The notes under the pieces were generated by a model, which did not search any database, was not told the origin of the DNA, and saw only the letters and a list, made by a program, of their open reading frames with translations. Shown here piece after piece: positions 55,644-64,000 of a DNA stretch of 64,000 nucleotides. Every line of letters begins with the position of its first letter. Within the stretch, counting starts at the first letter, position 1. This DNA comes from Octopus vulgaris (taxonomy: Eukaryota): contig OX597837.1 of the NCBI GenBank assembly GCA_951406725.2, forward strand, positions 22,506,001-22,570,000, given 5' to 3'. The translations under genes were made by a program, and so were the position numbers.

Positions 55644-55925
55644 CATTATTTAGTCTTATTTTAAGATTTCTTGCCAATAGAGAAAAAGCTAGTTTCTAAC
55701 CTAGAACCAAAGCTTCTTCATTGGAATTTCAACATCAACAGGGTATTTTTGTGTGTTTGTATGTATATGTGCAGATCTGAGTTTTTTGTATGTCTGTATG
55801 TATGGATGTATGAATGTACATATGTAGGTAATTATTCAGATCTATTTCAAAATTTCTTGCTAATAAAGAGCCGGAATTTCAACAACATCAACAGGGTATT
55901 TTTGTATGTATATATGCAGATTTGT
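55644..55925 (+). repeat. Two copies of a short dispersed repeat also found at about 37801-37910
   Basis: Shared ttgccaatagaga...tttctaacctaga..caa.gcttcttcattggaatttcaacatcaaca..gggtattttt. Confidence 0.75.
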
Positions 55926-57338
55926 ATATACTTAAATGATATACTTCTGGAAAGGTTTACAGATCTTTACAGTTCCAGTGATGGTTTGGATTTGTAGTCT
56001 TTGAATTAGTTTTCTCCTTCCGATTTTTGAGAAACCTAATTTCTCAAAATTGGTATTTAGGCAGTGCCCCAAAGCATGCATGGCATATTCCAATACCCCA
56101 ATGTATGTATATGTGCATGTACATATATATGTATGTGTGTGTGTCTGGAAAGAATTTTTCCATACGCACCCACACAATTACATTTTTGCATTTTGTTTTG
56201 CAATATTCTTGACACGAAAACATGTGTTGAAACACATTGTATCTTGGTTGGGTCATATTGCCAATTATAACACATGCACTGATTCTACTGATTAACTAAA
56301 CTAGTTAAGGTAGCGAGCTGGCATGCTGGACAAACTGTTTAGGAGTATTTTGTCTGTCTGTACATTCTGAGTTCAAATTCTGCTGAGGCCAACTTTGCCT
56401 TTCATCCTTTCAGGGTTGATAAAATACCAGTTGATGTAACTGACTTACCCGTTCCCTGAAATTGCTGGCCTTGTGCCAAAATTTGAAATCAATATATTAT
56501 TGGCCTCGTACTGGTAATTAACGCTACAAAGTTCATGTGCTGTCTAGTACAAGACTGACTTGTTCATTGAAACACAACATGTTACTGAAGGAATAAAAAA
56601 AAATAAAATCACTCACAGCAGGGGGTGAACTCAAAACATATTGGCATGAAATTAAATATTATGAGGTAATTGATTACAGTGGATTAATATTTCTGCCAAC
56701 TTGGTGCTGTTTGGGATTTTAAAGTCATTGAAATGAGAATGAAAGGAGACAGAGAAGGGAAAGAGTAGAGAGCGAGAGAGAGAATAATAATAATATTAAT
56801 AATAATTGTGTTGAATGGGTTGAAAGACAGTGATATTAAAGGAGGGAGAAAGAAATATATAAATATATAATATAAATGTATGTATGTACATATACATACA
56901 TATATGTATGTAGGTGCAAGCATGGTTATGCAGTAATAAGTTTGCTTCCTAACCACATGGTTTGGGGTTCAGTCCCACTGAGTGGCATATTGGGCAAGTG
57001 TCTTCTACAATAGCCTCGGGCCAAACAAAGCCTTGTGAGTGGATTTGGTAGACAGAAACTGAAAGAGACCCATTGTGTATATATATATATACATATGTAT
57101 TTATGTGTGTGTCTGTGTTTGTTTCCCAGCCATTACTTGACAACCAATGCTGGTGAGTTTGTGGCCCTGTAACTTAGCAGTTTGGCAAAAGAGATTAATA
57201 GAATAAGTACTAGGTTTACAAAAGATGAACCCTGGAGTCGATTTCTTCAAATAAAACACTTTGAGGTAGGGCTCCAGCATGGCCACAGTAAAGTGATTGA
57301 AACAAGTAAAAGAATAAAAGAAAAAATATATATATATA

Positions 57339-58603
57339 TTAGGGTGCTGGGCAAGTAATTGCATTTTACCAGAAAGGATATAAAAATAAATGTAGACTAT
57401 GTTTATTTAAATAGTCTTAATTAAGAATGTAATCACCAATGTTTTTAACAACTGCAGCCCAATGGAAAAGTAACATTTTCATGCCACATTCAAAGAAACC
57501 TATTTCTTTTCCTGAAAAAAAAGTCTCAAAGACTGTTTTCAACTTCCTCTCTGTTTCTGAATGTTTTGCCACTTATAAAATGTTCTTGTGATTGGAACAG
57601 ATGGAAATCCATAGGTGCTAAGTCAGGTGAGTATGGAGGATGTAGAACTTCCCATCTTAATGATCTTATTTTTTCTTGGGTTTGTTTTGAAGAGTGTGTC
57701 CATGTTGGAGAATAACACCTTTACTGTTTTCCAAAGCTGGCCATTTTCAACTTAATTTTTCATTTACATGATCAAGTTGTTGGCAACAGACATCTGCATT
57801 GATGGTCCTTCCATGTTCCAGTAGCTTGTAATGGATGATACCTTTTATGTTCCACCAAACACAGATCAAAGATGTTTGTGGATGGAGTTCTGGTTTTGGT
57901 GTTGGTACTGCCTTCTCATTACATAATAATCATTGTTCTTTTTTTTGTTTTCTGTTGTGATGTAGAACTCATTTTTCATCACCTGTAACAATGCACTGCA
58001 AAAATGACAGGTTGTTATTCCTGGTTAGAGGACTACTGCAGATGGTGGAATGTCGTGTTCAGCTCTCAAGTGTAAGCTCATGTGGAACCTAAATTCCCTC
58101 TGCATGTTTTCCCAATTTGCTTGAAATGCTCATGGATAGTTTAACATGACAAATCAAATTTTTGTGCCAAATCTCTGGTTCTTTGATGTGGATCTGATAC
58201 AGTAGTCTCATTCAAAAGGTCATCCTTCAGAGTGGGTTGTCTTCTAGAGCGAGGATTGTCAAATATGTTACAATCACCATATTTAAACCTTTTAAATCAC
58301 AGTCAACATGTACGAGTTGTCACTGCATCCAGATACACTTCAAAAATATTTTTCATAGCTTCTTTAGCAGTACTTTTCTTTTGAAGCTCATACAGTAAGC
58401 AATGGCAAATATGTGGTTTCATAAAGTTCTCATCCTCCATGGAGTTAATTACCAAAATAACTATGAATGACACGCTGCTGGATAGAAGAGACGATATACT
58501 ATTTCTAGACAGTTTCCACTCATTCAAACTTGGCTCTGACATGATTGGTTGATTCATATTTTATATTGGTGAAAAAAACGCAGTTACTTTCCAAACATCC
58601 TAA
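57339..58603 (-). mobile_element. Full-length decayed mariner transposon
   Basis: Degenerate TIRs ttagggtgctgggcaagtaattgc / gcagttactttccaaacatcctaa; minus-strand motifs HPPYSPDLAPMDFHL and VTGDEK. Confidence 0.9.
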
Positions 58604-58636
58604 TATATATATGTGTGTGTGTGTAAGCACACACAC

Positions 58637-59330
58637 ACACGTGCACACATACATACATGGTGTTCAGGCTAAATTTGATACATTGCAAAAAAAGGAAAAG
58701 AAAACACGATATCCCATTCAAAAATTGAAGTATTTAAAAAAAAATGAAAAAAGAGCAACTAGAATATGGCTGGGGGATAACAGTTTATTCAAAGTAGCTG
58801 TCTTCAGCTTTCACCATGGCCTTAAAATGGTTCTGGAAGTGGGCACATGTCTTCCTCATTATGTCCTTGCAAAAATCTTTGAACATCTCCTTGGTCTTGG
58901 TCACCAGCTCAGCCTTGGTGTTGCAGACAGAGCTGTTGGTTTCTTTCTCAACCAAACCCTACACACTGTAATCCATAAGATTACAATTGCAAGGGGAGAA
59001 ATTGGGGCTGGTGAAGTTGTAGAAATTTTACGCCAACTACTTCTGACTCTTTCCAGAGGTATGGCAAGTGGCCAAATCTCGCTACTACACATATGGCCTC
59101 CCAGAAGCAACCCTTACCAGCTAGGGTTTGACCAGTCTCACATGGTCATCTTAATTGATCCTAAGGCCCTGCTCAAGATGTGGGGTTGCATGATATCACT
59201 CTCATAGGAGACACACATCACAGTTTGTGGAGGAACTTGGTTTTCATGACTGATACATCACATGGATTGTAGGTAAATCACCTGTTGTTCTGCATGTTGT
59301 GCAACTGGTCCAGGAAGAAGTTCTGTTCAT
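58637..59330 (-). mobile_element. Decayed maT/Tc1-like element
   Basis: Inverted homolog of 5600-6156; end ta|catggtgttcaggctaaattt. Confidence 0.7.
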
Positions 59331-60778
59331 ATATATATACACACACACACACACATACATATATACATGACAGGCTTCTTTCAGTTTCTGTCTACCAAAT
59401 CCACTCACACTCACAAGACTTTGGTCAGCCTGAGGTTGTAGAAGACACTTGCCCAAGTTGCCACACAGTGGGACTGAACCCAGAACCATGTGGTTGGGAA
59501 GCAAGCTTCTAACCACACAGTCACACCCACACTTATATGTTTAAAAAAATCCTATTATATTTTTATAATTAAATATTATTAGGAATTGTAGATAAAAATA
59601 ATTATAATTGTATATAAAAATAATTATTGAAATATTTTGCGTATTGTAGAAGTTTAACCAGTTTTATTGCACATAAACTTCAACATCAAAATCTTATATG
59701 GACCCCCCCCACGCCCAAGGATCATGTGGATCTCAGTTAAGAACCACTGGTCTAAAGAGAACAGCTTCTTTCATTTACAGATTTCTGATGTTCCATTCTG
59801 TGGTTCTAATGTTGACATTGATGATCTGAGTACAGCATTTTTCCTGGATGCCTTTCAAAGCTATAAATGTCAAATGTGAATTGATGTATTGTCTTTTTGT
59901 TGTGTGTATTTCCCGTTAGGCTTTCACAAAAGACACATGAAATGTGTGTGTCCTATCAATCTCGAAAGGATTAAGACTCATGACCTGATACAAAAATTTA
60001 ACATAAGTTGCGTTTGATGGTCCACAAGAGTATTTAAATCTTTATGATTTGGACAGCCAATTAATGCAATATAACATTTTAATTAACATTACTTAATGTG
60101 ATTATGTTCATCATCATCATCATCATTGTTTTAATGTCCACTTTTCCATACTTGCATGAGTTGAACAGATTTTGTGAAGGTGGATTTTCTATGGCTGGAT
60201 GCCCTTCCTGTCACCAACCTTCACCTGTTTCTAAGTAGCCCAATATTTCCTTGTGACCAGACATGTTTTTACAGAATACTGGAAACGTTTTTACAGAATA
60301 CTGGACACTACTTGGAAGATGGTGATATTTGTTTACAACCATCATGTGATATCAAGACAAGGACACACACCTACCCACACATGTATACATTATATATTAC
60401 AGGCTTGCTTCCCAACTACATGGTTCTTCTACTATAGCCTCAGGCTGATTAAAGCTTTGCGAGTGGATTTGGTAGACAACGGAAACTGAAAGAAGCCTGT
60501 CGTGTATATATATATATATATATCATTAATTAAAAATTTAGGGTAACAATAATATTTATCGAAAAATTCTTAGCTACCAGTGGTCTAGCGAGAAAGAAAA
60601 AATTAGTCAATAGACTATATATTATTTGGAGAATAATACAGTGTACATTCAAAACATAAAAGAGATACCTGAAGAGTAGGATGTCTGACTCGCTAGAAAG
60701 AGCAGTTAAAAACTACAAGCCATCAATTGTTGTAATTCCGAAAGTGATTGAAAATATATATATATATATATATATATA

Positions 60779-61638
60779 CAGAGTGCAATGGGTAAATTGT
60801 TGCCATTTTATATTTTTAATTTTGTGCATTGATTTTTTTCCATTTTGTTGACTACACAGTAAAGTAGGGTCAGTTGTGAGAAAAACAGAATGATGACACA
60901 ATTCACTCTACCAGAAATTTGGAAACAACATGTGGTACTGCTCGGCATTTGTGCTGAAAGCTCCAATACAAATATTTCAGAGTGTTTGGGTGTGTCAATC
61001 TGAGGACAGAACATGTACCGAGAGTGATAAAAATCAAACATCCAGTCGACATCAAGGTGTTTGGAGCGATTACTAGTGATGACGTTATGTCTCCATTCAT
61101 CTTCCCACATGGCCTTAGACTCAACATGGAGGCCTACATCAAGTGCCTGGAGGAGGTAGTGCTGCCCTGAGTCAAGAGGGTGACTGCTGGAAGACCCTAT
61201 GATTAGCAACAGGACTCTGCACAATGCCACACAAACAGGAGAACTCAGTCATAGCTGTCAGACAATTTCTGTGACCACATCACCCCTAACATCTGGCCAC
61301 CTAACTCCCTAGACTGCAACTCCCTTGATTATTATGTGTGAGGTGCAGTTGAGTGAGAGACCAACAAAACTCCTTGTAACACCAAAGATGAACTGAAGGC
61401 AAGGATTATGGCATCATCAACCAACTTAAACAACAAGATTGTCCAGAAGAGTTACAGGAGATTCCAAAGTCATCTGGAGGCTGAGGTTGAGGCCAATGGC
61501 GATTTAATTGAATAAATTTACTCTTTAGTATTTCAAGATATTTTTGTGTAATTTTGTTAAATATATCGGTTAAAATGAACAGTCAGTGTTATTTTCATTT
61601 TTGCGTAATTTAGATGACACTTTATTCACTGCAACCTG
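60779..61638 (+). mobile_element. Internally deleted maT/DD37D-like element
   Basis: TA|cagagtgcaatgggtaaattgt / actttattcactgcaacctg|TA; motifs VFGAITSDDVMSPFIFP, QQDSAQCH and WPPNSLDCNSLDYYV. Confidence 0.85.
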
Positions 61639-63289
61639 TACATGTGTGTGTGTGTGTCTGTGTTTGTCCCCACATCATTGCTTGACAACTGATATTGTTT
61701 ACATACCCCATAACTTAGTGGTTCAGCAAAAGAGACTGATAGAATGAGTACTAGGCTTACAAAGATTAAGTCCTTGGGTCAATTTCTTCAACTAAAACCC
61801 TTTAAAGCAGTGCTCCAGCATGGCCACAGTCAAATGACTGAAACAAGTAAAAGAATAAAAGTATATATATATATATATAGGCCTGAGGTGTCATGCAGTG
61901 ACCAAACCTGAAACCCTGTGGTTGGAAAGCAGCTTCTAACCACACAGCCTCTTCCGCTTTTCACTTTGTCACCTGACACTATAATAGTTCATCATTCTCA
62001 CTGTGGGGGGTAAGAACACAGGAATAATCCACTGGAATGATCAACAAGCATTACCTATTGACATGATTCACTGGTAAGTTCCAAATTTTGGCTTCGGAAT
62101 GGTTTGTGTTGTAATGAAATTGAATTCTTGAGATTTAATTATAAATTGAAAGTTTAAGGAGAGCCATTTGGCTCAAAGATTTCGATTGGTGTAAGGATGT
62201 CGACTGCTGCTATCAAAAGATCGATAGTCTCAAAGAATGCTTATTTCAAACTTGAGGACAGTTTTACCATAAAAGAATTACAACTTTGAGAATCAAAAAT
62301 AGAATTGGTAGCTATATGGCAACTACAGAATTTCAGGATGCACCAAATCTTCAGGTTGTCTTTGCAAAGTGCATAGCTATTAGTATACAGCAGTAATAGT
62401 TATATATGCTCTTAATAACTGAGACAAGAAACTTCAAAGAAACATCAATGCTTACCACTGACTCTCAACAAGATCTTTCATTATATTCTGCTTTATTCTG
62501 GTTGTGCAGATGGCCAGCAAATCAGACCAGTGGTAAACAATGGTTAGTCCACATTACTTTATTCTCTAGAATAAAACGATGCCGCTGTGGTGATCTCATT
62601 CTTGCTCACAACATCATAAGCGGAAAGTGTAACCTCTCAAAAGAGCTGTTCTTCACTCCTGCTCCAGAGCGTAGGCTGCAGGGTCACTCTGAAAAGCTCT
62701 ATCTGCGACGATTTCATCTCAATCGAAAGAGGGGCTTTCTCCATCCGGGTTGCGGATCCGTGGAATAAGCTGCCGGACGAGATAGTGAAGATGCCGACGA
62801 CCGCTCGGTTCAAAGTCTCTCTTGACCAGAAATGGCCTGAACTCTTTGCATGAACACCCTCCCTGTACATAACTTCATGACCCCCAACCTGGCCTTGCTT
62901 TTTGCTTTTTGAGCCAAAAAATTAACTTAACTTACTTGGTAAGGATCAAAAGGCTGGTTTCCTGGTTTTTCTGGTGTATATAATTCCTCCCTTGAAGGGA
63001 TATTGGTCTGTCACAGGATTATTCAGTTTTACCATCTGAATGAACTGGAACAACATGAAATGAAGTGTTTTGCTCAAGGACACAATGCATCGCCCAGTGC
63101 AGGAATTGAAACCACAATCTTATGATCACAAGTCCAACACCCTAACTACTGAGCCATGCACCTTAACAAGTCAAAAACAATAAAGGAACAATTTACAGAT
63201 AATCTTCAGTCAATATTCAATACATTTCTTTAATCTGTGAGTTAGAATTAAATAAATATTTACACTGTGTATGTTTTTGTGGTCACTTG

Positions 63290-63423
63290 TCACTCCACGG
63301 TTGGTGGAACAGTCAATTCATATTCAATATTTAGGTTAACATCTGTTAAGTTATCTTTCACCATTTTCTCAACTCTTCGACTGAAAAATGGTGTCAAATA
63401 ATGCTTCCAATCTCCGACTTTAC
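63290..63423 (-). CDS. Terminal coding exon of a cytosolic sulfotransferase (SULT-family)-like gene; upstream exons probably lie beyond the window
   Basis: Minus strand reads tcatgtttgtttcttttatatttgcag|GT AAA GTC GGA GAT TGG AAG: a pyrimidine tract and AG acceptor, then (G)KVGDWKHYLTPFFSRRVEKMVKDNLTDVNLNIEYELTVPPTVE*. This fits the SULT RKGxxGDWKxxFT motif, with a phase-1 intron in the Gly codon as in vertebrate SULT genes. A possible ATTAAA polyA signal lies at 63229-63234. Confidence 0.8.
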
Positions 63424-63559
63424 CTGCAAATATAAAAGAAACAAACATGAGGCAAGGCAGGAAAAACACTACATAGTCACTCAACCTGTGAGAAATAACA
63501 GCCAAATCTTACTCAAGTTACATCCCATTCATCCATCCATCTTCTCTGCTCACAATTCC

Positions 63560-63915
63560 TGGGATGACTATGTGGGTAGAGTCTTCAGGCACTTCCTCTA
63601 GAAGGTCCTTTCAGAAGCAACCATCATTACGCTTTCTGACTGGAATCCCAAGCCCAACCAACTGAGACTATGGATATTACCGAACTGTCTCATTTATGGT
63701 CTACCCCCGAGGTCTCTTACTGATTGGCTTGCCTTGAAGAATTTGTCTTGTGATTCCTTCTTGCAACATTCTAATCACATGCCCAATGTTTTCTCAGTGC
63801 AGAGAAGTAAAAGCTAAACTTGGAGAGATTCCCTGATCTCTGGTTTATGCACCCTGTTGAACAATGTTACTTCTTTGGAAGAACCCTCATTTTGGATACT
63901 TATGTTCTTGATAGA
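63560..63915 (-). mobile_element. RTE-like LINE fragment in the presumed last intron of the sulfotransferase gene
   Basis: LGHVIRMLQEGITRQILQGKPISKRPRGRP. Confidence 0.75.
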
Positions 63916-64000
63916 ACGCAAGAGGCTGAATTGGACGCTAGAATTGCAGGTTCTGGCACAGTAATGTACCATCTCAAGCATTTGAACTTCACCCCAGAAG

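Noticed and set aside
60669-60710. CTGAAGA...GAAA here, plus isolated cores at about 10865 and 53497
   Set aside because: No stem I or III complementarity, or no downstream GAAA.

Overview
AT-rich, repeat-saturated animal genomic DNA. The SINE families and dense (TA)n/(CA)n microsatellites suggest a cephalopod such as Octopus (inference). Almost all long six-frame ORFs are microsatellite artefacts or transposon remnants. The only convincing host-gene sequence is the last coding exon of a cytosolic-type sulfotransferase on the minus strand (63290-63423). The rest comprises tRNA-derived SINEs of several modular families, decayed mariner, maT/Tc1, piggyBac, hAT and Helitron-like elements, CR1-like and RTE LINE ends, Dong/R4-like elements nested in (TAA)n, and a decayed Penelope-like element. 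The main hidden signal is a set of about 8-9 type-I hammerhead ribozyme motifs from sequence-unrelated families. They have covarying stems, mostly palindromic stem III and very variable stem II. Most sit in short Penelope-like remnants embedded in (TA)n, and two loci show fold-back junctions. Several template-switch-like inverted duplications and a SINE-derived 159-bp tandem array are also present. All calls were made by eye; repeat boundaries are approximate.
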